A DNA stretch of 63,329 nt, filler included, from Stramenopiles sp. TOSAG23-6 (lineage: Eukaryota): NCBI GenBank assembly GCA_900128565.1. It is 28 parts of 28 records of this genome, joined end to end, with 100 filler letters (N's around TTAATTAATTAA, not from the genome) between each part and the next. Parts side by side here need not be neighbours in the genome. Positions count along the whole stretch, not along the records: positions 1 to 2,173 come from LT638241.1; positions 2,274 to 4,446 come from LT638242.1; positions 4,547 to 6,719 come from LT638243.1; positions 6,820 to 8,992 come from LT638244.1; positions 9,093 to 11,265 come from LT638245.1; positions 11,366 to 13,538 come from LT638246.1; 22 more parts are not named here. One strand, written 5' to 3'. The position numbers and the translations under genes were made by a program. The notes beneath the pieces are model-generated. The model worked only from the letters and a program-made list of their open reading frames with translations. It did not search any database and was not told where the DNA came from. How positions within the stretch are numbered: position 1 is the stretch's first letter; each line of letters starts with the position of its first letter. Below are positions 1 to 12,428 of the stretch, in pieces.

Positions 1-820
1 TGGTGAAATAAACCGACCGATAATATATTGTGAAAAATATTTTTGTTTTGTAAAAACTCGTTAGGTACAAAATTTACCATTAAAAAAGAATCAAAATTTA
101 TGATGAAAACGTACATACACTGCATTAATTTTGATGGGATAAGCATCTTGATAGATTTTTGAAATTCTCTTTTCATGGATGTTGCAAAAATATTTCAAAA
201 AAAATCTAAAAAAATTGTTAGGTACAAAATTTCCTATAAAAAAAAAAATTCGAAATTGAAAAAAAAATAAAACATACATCCAATATTTCCCAAGCCTCTT
301 TAAAATCTTCATACGCCAAATGATACTCACCTAGACTACAGTATGCGCGTCCCCGACTATAAAAAAGAAGATGAACGGGGCAATCAAAATGCTCAAAGCT
401 ACCTTTTTGTACCCAATGTAAAGCATTTGTGAACTCTGCAACGGCAGATCGAGGCCGATTCATATGTTTTTTGGCAGCATTATAACAATTCCAAAATTCC
501 ATTATCATTTTATTTTGATGGCAAGTGTTACTATTTCCCAAAAATAGCTCAGACTCTGAAGAGACTGCCTGTATATCTAAGTGCTTATCAATAGAGTTGG
601 AACATTCCCTTTCCAGAGAAACAAATTCATCATGTATTGAAGCTTCATCTTTTTCAGTTATCGTGATATTATCTTGATATACGTTTTGCTGGGAAGCAAC
701 TACAGCTTTTGCGCTTTGTACAGCAAATTCTGTCATTGCTTGCAAAACTAAACGCTCTTGTAGTAACGCAAGACGCCGAAGGTGGTCAACCATATCGGCA
801 TCAGCTTCCAATAGTGTCAT
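1..820 (-). CDS. TPR-containing protein, 3' partial; exons 820-278, 174-115, 22-1
   Basis: TPR-like LFYSRGRAYCSLGEYHLAYEDFKEAWEILD; frame continues EKRISK...NAVY|YRSVYF after removing two repeat introns. Confidence 0.7.
23..114 (-). mobile_element. Introner-like intron, GTACGT...AATATAT
   Basis: tat|GTACGT...GTACCTAAC...TAT|tat cgg; follows a 60-nt phase-0 exon. Confidence 0.65.
175..277 (-). mobile_element. Introner-like intron, GTATGT...ATCCAT
   Basis: gat|GTATGT...GTACCTAAC...ATCCAT|gaa; removal keeps the frame open. Confidence 0.75.
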
Positions 821-1063
821 TTATAATATACTATAATAACTCTCTATACAACAACTATAGTAGACTTATTGATGATGATCAGAATGACAGTCTCTGACGC
901 TGACTGACTCTAGCGGCTGGCTGCGTAGGCTAGGGTTAGGGTTCAGTGTAAATAATTGTGTTTGTGTTCGCTTCGATAAGTTGGTTGGTTTTATACTTGC
1001 CTGCGCAATAACTAAATATTGGATCTTATATTACCCATTTTCTTGAAAATTACGTTCGAAAAC

Positions 1064-1801
1064 ATGGAAGGTGGACAACGCAGGCGATTGCAGCTTGCAC
1101 CTCGCTCTAAGAAGGCAGGCGCTGTCGGCGGTTACGCAGCTCCTTCGACAAAATCTTCAATATTTGGAGCAGCTCGCCCACGGGAGGAAATTCTCAAGTC
1201 CAAGGGAATTGACTTCAAAAAGGTTGAGGAGGATTTAGAAAAGCGCACTTCATCTTACCCACGCATGGATGAGAAAGCCCTTGAAAATGTGAAGGCTATT
1301 GAAAGTGAAATATCTCATGCAAAGTCTGAGCTAGAAGAAATTAGTGTTGACGCATCTGCTGAAGAAAAGCAAAAGTTGGAGAATGTTCTGAAAACCAAGG
1401 AAGCAGAACTCACTACCTTTCTCGAAAGCGTTGTAGCACAGAATGCCGCAAATCGTAAATTCGAGCGCCCATCCGAGCGAAGGCGCAGACAAGAAGACAA
1501 TAGGCGTGAAAATGGTGATTATGGAAGTCGTAGTGGTAATCATGACGACACTACTTTCAGTAATTTTGGAAACTCCCGCAATCGTCGTAATAGCGGCGGA
1601 AGACGCAATCGACAGCGAGGTAACGACAATAGAGGCTATGACAATAGAAGTTATGATAATGGAGGCTATGGTAATGGAGGTTACAACTCCCGAAGAAAAG
1701 ACAGCTTCGACAGAGATGAAGGTGGTCGAAATCACAGGCAAAAATACGACCACATTGACCGTGCACTTGAAGGAGACGATAACCTTGGAGAAGCGTGGTA
1801 A
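1064..1801 (+). CDS. Plant-type eIF4B-like RNA-binding/translation factor
   Basis: RRRLQLAPRS and SIFGAARPREEILKSKG motifs, coiled coil, FERPSER, R/G/N/Y-rich tail; first ATG at 1064. Confidence 0.7.
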   Translation: MEGGQRRRLQLAPRSKKAGAVGGYAAPSTKSSIFGAARPREEILKSKGIDFKKVEEDLEKRTSSYPRMDEKALENVKAIESEISHAKSELEEISVDASAEEKQKLENVLKTKEAELTTFLESVVAQNAANRKFERPSERRRRQEDNRRENGDYGSRSGNHDDTTFSNFGNSRNRRNSGGRRNRQRGNDNRGYDNRSYDNGGYGNGGYNSRRKDSFDRDEGGRNHRQKYDHIDRALEGDDNLGEAW

Positions 1802-2173
1802 TTTTTTTAATATTCTAGTAGTGAAGCCATATTTTGGATTATACCCCATTACTTGTGGTTGTATTATTTCATCCACATGTATTTTTATTAATGTTTTGTT
1901 GGCGGATTAACCATAATATGTTGTTATTTTCTAAGAAGGCGCAATGACAAATGGTTTGTTGATGGATGAACCATAATATATTCGTTTTTAGAACTTTGAT
2001 AAATTTTTTATACAATGTAAACATTATTGTCTTTAATTTTTATTATTTTTCAGACATTTTTATGTCAATAAAATAGCCGATAGCCCTTTCTTTTTAAAAA
2101 ATAAAACTTCCTTGTTTGTTCATTTTTTTTTCTACGTCTTGTTGAGTTCAATATCGCCATTCCTAGAATATTT

Positions 2174-2273
2174 NNNNNNNNNNNNNNNNNNNNNNNNNNN
2201 NNNNNNNNNNNNNNNNNTTAATTAATTAANNNNNNNNNNNNNNNNNNNNNNNNNNNNNNNNNNNNNNNNNNNN
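2174..2273. other. Artificial contig linker (N44-TTAATTAATTAA-N44, stops in six frames), recurring every ~2.26 kb
   Basis: Same 12-mer inside N runs at every contig join; contig lengths decrease along the window. Confidence 0.97.
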
Positions 2274-3093
2274 TGGTGAAATAAACCGACCGATAATATA
2301 TTGTGAAAAATATTTTTGTTTTGTAAAAACTCGTTAGGTACAAAATTTACCATTAAAAAAGAATCAAAATTTATGATGAAAACGTACATACACTGCATTA
2401 ATTTTGATGGGATAAGCATCTTGATAGATTTTTGAAATTCTCTTTTCATGGATGTTGCAAAAATATTTCAAAAAAAATCTAAAAAAATTGTTAGGTACAA
2501 AATTTCCTATAAAAAAAAAAATTCGAAATTGAAAAAAAAATAAAACATACATCCAATATTTCCCAAGCCTCTTTAAAATCTTCATACGCCAAATGATACT
2601 CACCTAGACTACAGTATGCGCGTCCCCGACTATAAAAAAGAAGATGAACGGGGCAATCAAAATGCTCAAAGCTACCTTTTTGTACCCAATGTAAAGCATT
2701 TGTGAACTCTGCAACGGCAGATCGAGGCCGATTCATATGTTTTTTGGCAGCATTATAACAATTCCAAAATTCCATTATCATTTTATTTTGATGGCAAGTG
2801 TTACTATTTCCCAAAAATAGCTCAGACTCTGAAGAGACTGCCTGTATATCTAAGTGCTTATCAATAGAGTTGGAACATTCCCTTTCCAGAGAAACAAATT
2901 CATCATGTATTGAAGCTTCATCTTTTTCAGTTATCGTGATATTATCTTGATATACGTTTTGCTGGGAAGCAACTACAGCTTTTGCGCTTTGTACAGCAAA
3001 TTCTGTCATTGCTTGCAAAACTAAACGCTCTTGTAGTAACGCAAGACGCCGAAGGTGGTCAACCATATCGGCATCAGCTTCCAATAGTGTCAT
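2274..3093 (-). CDS. TPR protein, redundant copy 2
   Basis: Identical to 1-820. Confidence 0.65.
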
Positions 3094-3336
3094 TTATAAT
3101 ATACTATAATAACTCTCTATACAACAACTATAGTAGACTTATTGATGATGATCAGAATGACAGTCTCTGACGCTGACTGACTCTAGCGGCTGGCTGCGTA
3201 GGCTAGGGTTAGGGTTCAGTGTAAATAATTGTGTTTGTGTTCGCTTCGATAAGTTGGTTGGTTTTATACTTGCCTGCGCAATAACTAAATATTGGATCTT
3301 ATATTACCCATTTTCTTGAAAATTACGTTCGAAAAC

Positions 3337-4074
3337 ATGGAAGGTGGACAACGCAGGCGATTGCAGCTTGCACCTCGCTCTAAGAAGGCAGGCGCTGTCG
3401 GCGGTTACGCAGCTCCTTCGACAAAATCTTCAATATTTGGAGCAGCTCGCCCACGGGAGGAAATTCTCAAGTCCAAGGGAATTGACTTCAAAAAGGTTGA
3501 GGAGGATTTAGAAAAGCGCACTTCATCTTACCCACGCATGGATGAGAAAGCCCTTGAAAATGTGAAGGCTATTGAAAGTGAAATATCTCATGCAAAGTCT
3601 GAGCTAGAAGAAATTAGTGTTGACGCATCTGCTGAAGAAAAGCAAAAGTTGGAGAATGTTCTGAAAACCAAGGAAGCAGAACTCACTACCTTTCTCGAAA
3701 GCGTTGTAGCACAGAATGCCGCAAATCGTAAATTCGAGCGCCCATCCGAGCGAAGGCGCAGACAAGAAGACAATAGGCGTGAAAATGGTGATTATGGAAG
3801 TCGTAGTGGTAATCATGACGACACTACTTTCAGTAATTTTGGAAACTCCCGCAATCGTCGTAATAGCGGCGGAAGACGCAATCGACAGCGAGGTAACGAC
3901 AATAGAGGCTATGACAATAGAAGTTATGATAATGGAGGCTATGGTAATGGAGGTTACAACTCCCGAAGAAAAGACAGCTTCGACAGAGATGAAGGTGGTC
4001 GAAATCACAGGCAAAAATACGACCACATTGACCGTGCACTTGAAGGAGACGATAACCTTGGAGAAGCGTGGTAA
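3337..4074 (+). CDS. eIF4B-like, redundant copy 2
   Basis: Identical to 1064-1801. Confidence 0.7.
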   Translation: MEGGQRRRLQLAPRSKKAGAVGGYAAPSTKSSIFGAARPREEILKSKGIDFKKVEEDLEKRTSSYPRMDEKALENVKAIESEISHAKSELEEISVDASAEEKQKLENVLKTKEAELTTFLESVVAQNAANRKFERPSERRRRQEDNRRENGDYGSRSGNHDDTTFSNFGNSRNRRNSGGRRNRQRGNDNRGYDNRSYDNGGYGNGGYNSRRKDSFDRDEGGRNHRQKYDHIDRALEGDDNLGEAW

Positions 4075-4546
4075 TTTTTTTAATATTCTAGTAGTGAAGC
4101 CATATTTTGGATTATACCCCATTACTTGTGGTTGTATTATTTCATCCACATGTATTTTTATTAATGTTTTGTTGGCGGATTAACCATAATATGTTGTTAT
4201 TTTCTAAGAAGGCGCAATGACAAATGGTTTGTTGATGGATGAACCATAATATATTCGTTTTTAGAACTTTGATAAATTTTTTATACAATGTAAACATTAT
4301 TGTCTTTAATTTTTATTATTTTTCAGACATTTTTATGTCAATAAAATAGCCGATAGCCCTTTCTTTTTAAAAAATAAAACTTCCTTGTTTGTTCATTTTT
4401 TTTTCTACGTCTTGTTGAGTTCAATATCGCCATTCCTAGAATATTTNNNNNNNNNNNNNNNNNNNNNNNNNNNNNNNNNNNNNNNNNNNNTTAATTAATT
4501 AANNNNNNNNNNNNNNNNNNNNNNNNNNNNNNNNNNNNNNNNNNNN

Positions 4547-5366
4547 TGGTGAAATAAACCGACCGATAATATATTGTGAAAAATATTTTTGTTTTGTAAA
4601 AACTCGTTAGGTACAAAATTTACCATTAAAAAAGAATCAAAATTTATGATGAAAACGTACATACACTGCATTAATTTTGATGGGATAAGCATCTTGATAG
4701 ATTTTTGAAATTCTCTTTTCATGGATGTTGCAAAAATATTTCAAAAAAAATCTAAAAAAATTGTTAGGTACAAAATTTCCTATAAAAAAAAAAATTCGAA
4801 ATTGAAAAAAAAATAAAACATACATCCAATATTTCCCAAGCCTCTTTAAAATCTTCATACGCCAAATGATACTCACCTAGACTACAGTATGCGCGTCCCC
4901 GACTATAAAAAAGAAGATGAACGGGGCAATCAAAATGCTCAAAGCTACCTTTTTGTACCCAATGTAAAGCATTTGTGAACTCTGCAACGGCAGATCGAGG
5001 CCGATTCATATGTTTTTTGGCAGCATTATAACAATTCCAAAATTCCATTATCATTTTATTTTGATGGCAAGTGTTACTATTTCCCAAAAATAGCTCAGAC
5101 TCTGAAGAGACTGCCTGTATATCTAAGTGCTTATCAATAGAGTTGGAACATTCCCTTTCCAGAGAAACAAATTCATCATGTATTGAAGCTTCATCTTTTT
5201 CAGTTATCGTGATATTATCTTGATATACGTTTTGCTGGGAAGCAACTACAGCTTTTGCGCTTTGTACAGCAAATTCTGTCATTGCTTGCAAAACTAAACG
5301 CTCTTGTAGTAACGCAAGACGCCGAAGGTGGTCAACCATATCGGCATCAGCTTCCAATAGTGTCAT
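4547..5366 (-). CDS. TPR protein, redundant copy 3
   Basis: Identical to 1-820. Confidence 0.65.
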
Positions 5367-5609
5367 TTATAATATACTATAATAACTCTCTATACAACAA
5401 CTATAGTAGACTTATTGATGATGATCAGAATGACAGTCTCTGACGCTGACTGACTCTAGCGGCTGGCTGCGTAGGCTAGGGTTAGGGTTCAGTGTAAATA
5501 ATTGTGTTTGTGTTCGCTTCGATAAGTTGGTTGGTTTTATACTTGCCTGCGCAATAACTAAATATTGGATCTTATATTACCCATTTTCTTGAAAATTACG
5601 TTCGAAAAC

Positions 5610-6347
5610 ATGGAAGGTGGACAACGCAGGCGATTGCAGCTTGCACCTCGCTCTAAGAAGGCAGGCGCTGTCGGCGGTTACGCAGCTCCTTCGACAAAAT
5701 CTTCAATATTTGGAGCAGCTCGCCCACGGGAGGAAATTCTCAAGTCCAAGGGAATTGACTTCAAAAAGGTTGAGGAGGATTTAGAAAAGCGCACTTCATC
5801 TTACCCACGCATGGATGAGAAAGCCCTTGAAAATGTGAAGGCTATTGAAAGTGAAATATCTCATGCAAAGTCTGAGCTAGAAGAAATTAGTGTTGACGCA
5901 TCTGCTGAAGAAAAGCAAAAGTTGGAGAATGTTCTGAAAACCAAGGAAGCAGAACTCACTACCTTTCTCGAAAGCGTTGTAGCACAGAATGCCGCAAATC
6001 GTAAATTCGAGCGCCCATCCGAGCGAAGGCGCAGACAAGAAGACAATAGGCGTGAAAATGGTGATTATGGAAGTCGTAGTGGTAATCATGACGACACTAC
6101 TTTCAGTAATTTTGGAAACTCCCGCAATCGTCGTAATAGCGGCGGAAGACGCAATCGACAGCGAGGTAACGACAATAGAGGCTATGACAATAGAAGTTAT
6201 GATAATGGAGGCTATGGTAATGGAGGTTACAACTCCCGAAGAAAAGACAGCTTCGACAGAGATGAAGGTGGTCGAAATCACAGGCAAAAATACGACCACA
6301 TTGACCGTGCACTTGAAGGAGACGATAACCTTGGAGAAGCGTGGTAA
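5610..6347 (+). CDS. eIF4B-like, redundant copy 3
   Basis: Identical to 1064-1801. Confidence 0.7.
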   Translation: MEGGQRRRLQLAPRSKKAGAVGGYAAPSTKSSIFGAARPREEILKSKGIDFKKVEEDLEKRTSSYPRMDEKALENVKAIESEISHAKSELEEISVDASAEEKQKLENVLKTKEAELTTFLESVVAQNAANRKFERPSERRRRQEDNRRENGDYGSRSGNHDDTTFSNFGNSRNRRNSGGRRNRQRGNDNRGYDNRSYDNGGYGNGGYNSRRKDSFDRDEGGRNHRQKYDHIDRALEGDDNLGEAW

Positions 6348-6819
6348 TTTTTTTAATATTCTAGTAGTGAAGCCATATTTTGGATTATACCCCATTACTT
6401 GTGGTTGTATTATTTCATCCACATGTATTTTTATTAATGTTTTGTTGGCGGATTAACCATAATATGTTGTTATTTTCTAAGAAGGCGCAATGACAAATGG
6501 TTTGTTGATGGATGAACCATAATATATTCGTTTTTAGAACTTTGATAAATTTTTTATACAATGTAAACATTATTGTCTTTAATTTTTATTATTTTTCAGA
6601 CATTTTTATGTCAATAAAATAGCCGATAGCCCTTTCTTTTTAAAAAATAAAACTTCCTTGTTTGTTCATTTTTTTTTCTACGTCTTGTTGAGTTCAATAT
6701 CGCCATTCCTAGAATATTTNNNNNNNNNNNNNNNNNNNNNNNNNNNNNNNNNNNNNNNNNNNNTTAATTAATTAANNNNNNNNNNNNNNNNNNNNNNNNN
6801 NNNNNNNNNNNNNNNNNNN

Positions 6820-7639
6820 TGGTGAAATAAACCGACCGATAATATATTGTGAAAAATATTTTTGTTTTGTAAAAACTCGTTAGGTACAAAATTTACCATT
6901 AAAAAAGAATCAAAATTTATGATGAAAACGTACATACACTGCATTAATTTTGATGGGATAAGCATCTTGATAGATTTTTGAAATTCTCTTTTCATGGATG
7001 TTGCAAAAATATTTCAAAAAAAATCTAAAAAAATTGTTAGGTACAAAATTTCCTATAAAAAAAAAAATTCGAAATTGAAAAAAAAATAAAACATACATCC
7101 AATATTTCCCAAGCCTCTTTAAAATCTTCATACGCCAAATGATACTCACCTAGACTACAGTATGCGCGTCCCCGACTATAAAAAAGAAGATGAACGGGGC
7201 AATCAAAATGCTCAAAGCTACCTTTTTGTACCCAATGTAAAGCATTTGTGAACTCTGCAACGGCAGATCGAGGCCGATTCATATGTTTTTTGGCAGCATT
7301 ATAACAATTCCAAAATTCCATTATCATTTTATTTTGATGGCAAGTGTTACTATTTCCCAAAAATAGCTCAGACTCTGAAGAGACTGCCTGTATATCTAAG
7401 TGCTTATCAATAGAGTTGGAACATTCCCTTTCCAGAGAAACAAATTCATCATGTATTGAAGCTTCATCTTTTTCAGTTATCGTGATATTATCTTGATATA
7501 CGTTTTGCTGGGAAGCAACTACAGCTTTTGCGCTTTGTACAGCAAATTCTGTCATTGCTTGCAAAACTAAACGCTCTTGTAGTAACGCAAGACGCCGAAG
7601 GTGGTCAACCATATCGGCATCAGCTTCCAATAGTGTCAT
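6820..7639 (-). CDS. TPR protein, redundant copy 4
   Basis: Identical to 1-820. Confidence 0.65.
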
Positions 7640-7882
7640 TTATAATATACTATAATAACTCTCTATACAACAACTATAGTAGACTTATTGATGATGATCA
7701 GAATGACAGTCTCTGACGCTGACTGACTCTAGCGGCTGGCTGCGTAGGCTAGGGTTAGGGTTCAGTGTAAATAATTGTGTTTGTGTTCGCTTCGATAAGT
7801 TGGTTGGTTTTATACTTGCCTGCGCAATAACTAAATATTGGATCTTATATTACCCATTTTCTTGAAAATTACGTTCGAAAAC

Positions 7883-8620
7883 ATGGAAGGTGGACAACGC
7901 AGGCGATTGCAGCTTGCACCTCGCTCTAAGAAGGCAGGCGCTGTCGGCGGTTACGCAGCTCCTTCGACAAAATCTTCAATATTTGGAGCAGCTCGCCCAC
8001 GGGAGGAAATTCTCAAGTCCAAGGGAATTGACTTCAAAAAGGTTGAGGAGGATTTAGAAAAGCGCACTTCATCTTACCCACGCATGGATGAGAAAGCCCT
8101 TGAAAATGTGAAGGCTATTGAAAGTGAAATATCTCATGCAAAGTCTGAGCTAGAAGAAATTAGTGTTGACGCATCTGCTGAAGAAAAGCAAAAGTTGGAG
8201 AATGTTCTGAAAACCAAGGAAGCAGAACTCACTACCTTTCTCGAAAGCGTTGTAGCACAGAATGCCGCAAATCGTAAATTCGAGCGCCCATCCGAGCGAA
8301 GGCGCAGACAAGAAGACAATAGGCGTGAAAATGGTGATTATGGAAGTCGTAGTGGTAATCATGACGACACTACTTTCAGTAATTTTGGAAACTCCCGCAA
8401 TCGTCGTAATAGCGGCGGAAGACGCAATCGACAGCGAGGTAACGACAATAGAGGCTATGACAATAGAAGTTATGATAATGGAGGCTATGGTAATGGAGGT
8501 TACAACTCCCGAAGAAAAGACAGCTTCGACAGAGATGAAGGTGGTCGAAATCACAGGCAAAAATACGACCACATTGACCGTGCACTTGAAGGAGACGATA
8601 ACCTTGGAGAAGCGTGGTAA
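7883..8620 (+). CDS. eIF4B-like, redundant copy 4
   Basis: Identical to 1064-1801. Confidence 0.7.
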   Translation: MEGGQRRRLQLAPRSKKAGAVGGYAAPSTKSSIFGAARPREEILKSKGIDFKKVEEDLEKRTSSYPRMDEKALENVKAIESEISHAKSELEEISVDASAEEKQKLENVLKTKEAELTTFLESVVAQNAANRKFERPSERRRRQEDNRRENGDYGSRSGNHDDTTFSNFGNSRNRRNSGGRRNRQRGNDNRGYDNRSYDNGGYGNGGYNSRRKDSFDRDEGGRNHRQKYDHIDRALEGDDNLGEAW

Positions 8621-9092
8621 TTTTTTTAATATTCTAGTAGTGAAGCCATATTTTGGATTATACCCCATTACTTGTGGTTGTATTATTTCATCCACATGTA
8701 TTTTTATTAATGTTTTGTTGGCGGATTAACCATAATATGTTGTTATTTTCTAAGAAGGCGCAATGACAAATGGTTTGTTGATGGATGAACCATAATATAT
8801 TCGTTTTTAGAACTTTGATAAATTTTTTATACAATGTAAACATTATTGTCTTTAATTTTTATTATTTTTCAGACATTTTTATGTCAATAAAATAGCCGAT
8901 AGCCCTTTCTTTTTAAAAAATAAAACTTCCTTGTTTGTTCATTTTTTTTTCTACGTCTTGTTGAGTTCAATATCGCCATTCCTAGAATATTTNNNNNNNN
9001 NNNNNNNNNNNNNNNNNNNNNNNNNNNNNNNNNNNNTTAATTAATTAANNNNNNNNNNNNNNNNNNNNNNNNNNNNNNNNNNNNNNNNNNNN

Positions 9093-9912
9093 TGGTGAAA
9101 TAAACCGACCGATAATATATTGTGAAAAATATTTTTGTTTTGTAAAAACTCGTTAGGTACAAAATTTACCATTAAAAAAGAATCAAAATTTATGATGAAA
9201 ACGTACATACACTGCATTAATTTTGATGGGATAAGCATCTTGATAGATTTTTGAAATTCTCTTTTCATGGATGTTGCAAAAATATTTCAAAAAAAATCTA
9301 AAAAAATTGTTAGGTACAAAATTTCCTATAAAAAAAAAAATTCGAAATTGAAAAAAAAATAAAACATACATCCAATATTTCCCAAGCCTCTTTAAAATCT
9401 TCATACGCCAAATGATACTCACCTAGACTACAGTATGCGCGTCCCCGACTATAAAAAAGAAGATGAACGGGGCAATCAAAATGCTCAAAGCTACCTTTTT
9501 GTACCCAATGTAAAGCATTTGTGAACTCTGCAACGGCAGATCGAGGCCGATTCATATGTTTTTTGGCAGCATTATAACAATTCCAAAATTCCATTATCAT
9601 TTTATTTTGATGGCAAGTGTTACTATTTCCCAAAAATAGCTCAGACTCTGAAGAGACTGCCTGTATATCTAAGTGCTTATCAATAGAGTTGGAACATTCC
9701 CTTTCCAGAGAAACAAATTCATCATGTATTGAAGCTTCATCTTTTTCAGTTATCGTGATATTATCTTGATATACGTTTTGCTGGGAAGCAACTACAGCTT
9801 TTGCGCTTTGTACAGCAAATTCTGTCATTGCTTGCAAAACTAAACGCTCTTGTAGTAACGCAAGACGCCGAAGGTGGTCAACCATATCGGCATCAGCTTC
9901 CAATAGTGTCAT
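9093..9912 (-). CDS. TPR protein, redundant copy 5
   Basis: Identical to 1-820. Confidence 0.65.
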
Positions 9913-10155
9913 TTATAATATACTATAATAACTCTCTATACAACAACTATAGTAGACTTATTGATGATGATCAGAATGACAGTCTCTGACGCTGACTGAC
10001 TCTAGCGGCTGGCTGCGTAGGCTAGGGTTAGGGTTCAGTGTAAATAATTGTGTTTGTGTTCGCTTCGATAAGTTGGTTGGTTTTATACTTGCCTGCGCAA
10101 TAACTAAATATTGGATCTTATATTACCCATTTTCTTGAAAATTACGTTCGAAAAC

Positions 10156-10893
10156 ATGGAAGGTGGACAACGCAGGCGATTGCAGCTTGCACCTCGCTCT
10201 AAGAAGGCAGGCGCTGTCGGCGGTTACGCAGCTCCTTCGACAAAATCTTCAATATTTGGAGCAGCTCGCCCACGGGAGGAAATTCTCAAGTCCAAGGGAA
10301 TTGACTTCAAAAAGGTTGAGGAGGATTTAGAAAAGCGCACTTCATCTTACCCACGCATGGATGAGAAAGCCCTTGAAAATGTGAAGGCTATTGAAAGTGA
10401 AATATCTCATGCAAAGTCTGAGCTAGAAGAAATTAGTGTTGACGCATCTGCTGAAGAAAAGCAAAAGTTGGAGAATGTTCTGAAAACCAAGGAAGCAGAA
10501 CTCACTACCTTTCTCGAAAGCGTTGTAGCACAGAATGCCGCAAATCGTAAATTCGAGCGCCCATCCGAGCGAAGGCGCAGACAAGAAGACAATAGGCGTG
10601 AAAATGGTGATTATGGAAGTCGTAGTGGTAATCATGACGACACTACTTTCAGTAATTTTGGAAACTCCCGCAATCGTCGTAATAGCGGCGGAAGACGCAA
10701 TCGACAGCGAGGTAACGACAATAGAGGCTATGACAATAGAAGTTATGATAATGGAGGCTATGGTAATGGAGGTTACAACTCCCGAAGAAAAGACAGCTTC
10801 GACAGAGATGAAGGTGGTCGAAATCACAGGCAAAAATACGACCACATTGACCGTGCACTTGAAGGAGACGATAACCTTGGAGAAGCGTGGTAA
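10156..10893 (+). CDS. eIF4B-like, redundant copy 5
   Basis: Identical to 1064-1801. Confidence 0.7.
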   Translation: MEGGQRRRLQLAPRSKKAGAVGGYAAPSTKSSIFGAARPREEILKSKGIDFKKVEEDLEKRTSSYPRMDEKALENVKAIESEISHAKSELEEISVDASAEEKQKLENVLKTKEAELTTFLESVVAQNAANRKFERPSERRRRQEDNRRENGDYGSRSGNHDDTTFSNFGNSRNRRNSGGRRNRQRGNDNRGYDNRSYDNGGYGNGGYNSRRKDSFDRDEGGRNHRQKYDHIDRALEGDDNLGEAW

Positions 10894-11365
10894 TTTTTTT
10901 AATATTCTAGTAGTGAAGCCATATTTTGGATTATACCCCATTACTTGTGGTTGTATTATTTCATCCACATGTATTTTTATTAATGTTTTGTTGGCGGATT
11001 AACCATAATATGTTGTTATTTTCTAAGAAGGCGCAATGACAAATGGTTTGTTGATGGATGAACCATAATATATTCGTTTTTAGAACTTTGATAAATTTTT
11101 TATACAATGTAAACATTATTGTCTTTAATTTTTATTATTTTTCAGACATTTTTATGTCAATAAAATAGCCGATAGCCCTTTCTTTTTAAAAAATAAAACT
11201 TCCTTGTTTGTTCATTTTTTTTTCTACGTCTTGTTGAGTTCAATATCGCCATTCCTAGAATATTTNNNNNNNNNNNNNNNNNNNNNNNNNNNNNNNNNNN
11301 NNNNNNNNNTTAATTAATTAANNNNNNNNNNNNNNNNNNNNNNNNNNNNNNNNNNNNNNNNNNNN

Positions 11366-12185
11366 TGGTGAAATAAACCGACCGATAATATATTGTGAAA
11401 AATATTTTTGTTTTGTAAAAACTCGTTAGGTACAAAATTTACCATTAAAAAAGAATCAAAATTTATGATGAAAACGTACATACACTGCATTAATTTTGAT
11501 GGGATAAGCATCTTGATAGATTTTTGAAATTCTCTTTTCATGGATGTTGCAAAAATATTTCAAAAAAAATCTAAAAAAATTGTTAGGTACAAAATTTCCT
11601 ATAAAAAAAAAAATTCGAAATTGAAAAAAAAATAAAACATACATCCAATATTTCCCAAGCCTCTTTAAAATCTTCATACGCCAAATGATACTCACCTAGA
11701 CTACAGTATGCGCGTCCCCGACTATAAAAAAGAAGATGAACGGGGCAATCAAAATGCTCAAAGCTACCTTTTTGTACCCAATGTAAAGCATTTGTGAACT
11801 CTGCAACGGCAGATCGAGGCCGATTCATATGTTTTTTGGCAGCATTATAACAATTCCAAAATTCCATTATCATTTTATTTTGATGGCAAGTGTTACTATT
11901 TCCCAAAAATAGCTCAGACTCTGAAGAGACTGCCTGTATATCTAAGTGCTTATCAATAGAGTTGGAACATTCCCTTTCCAGAGAAACAAATTCATCATGT
12001 ATTGAAGCTTCATCTTTTTCAGTTATCGTGATATTATCTTGATATACGTTTTGCTGGGAAGCAACTACAGCTTTTGCGCTTTGTACAGCAAATTCTGTCA
12101 TTGCTTGCAAAACTAAACGCTCTTGTAGTAACGCAAGACGCCGAAGGTGGTCAACCATATCGGCATCAGCTTCCAATAGTGTCAT
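11366..12185 (-). CDS. TPR protein, redundant copy 6
   Basis: Identical to 1-820. Confidence 0.65.
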
Positions 12186-12428
12186 TTATAATATACTATA
12201 ATAACTCTCTATACAACAACTATAGTAGACTTATTGATGATGATCAGAATGACAGTCTCTGACGCTGACTGACTCTAGCGGCTGGCTGCGTAGGCTAGGG
12301 TTAGGGTTCAGTGTAAATAATTGTGTTTGTGTTCGCTTCGATAAGTTGGTTGGTTTTATACTTGCCTGCGCAATAACTAAATATTGGATCTTATATTACC
12401 CATTTTCTTGAAAATTACGTTCGAAAAC

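Noticed and set aside
175-277. Internal TTTTAG after the branch motif as the true acceptor
   Set aside because: Absent from many copies (e.g. 62582-62717, 41079-41187) and would add variable-length poly-T sequence that breaks frames.
1331-1910. Overlapping 181-aa and 155-aa ORFs, and similar antisense ORFs elsewhere
   Set aside because: Shadow frames of low-complexity coding sequence with no recognisable motifs.
2218-2229. Periodic TTAATTAATTAA palindrome as a biological repeat or piggyBac TTAA site
   Set aside because: Always embedded in N runs; a six-frame-stop spacer used to concatenate contigs.
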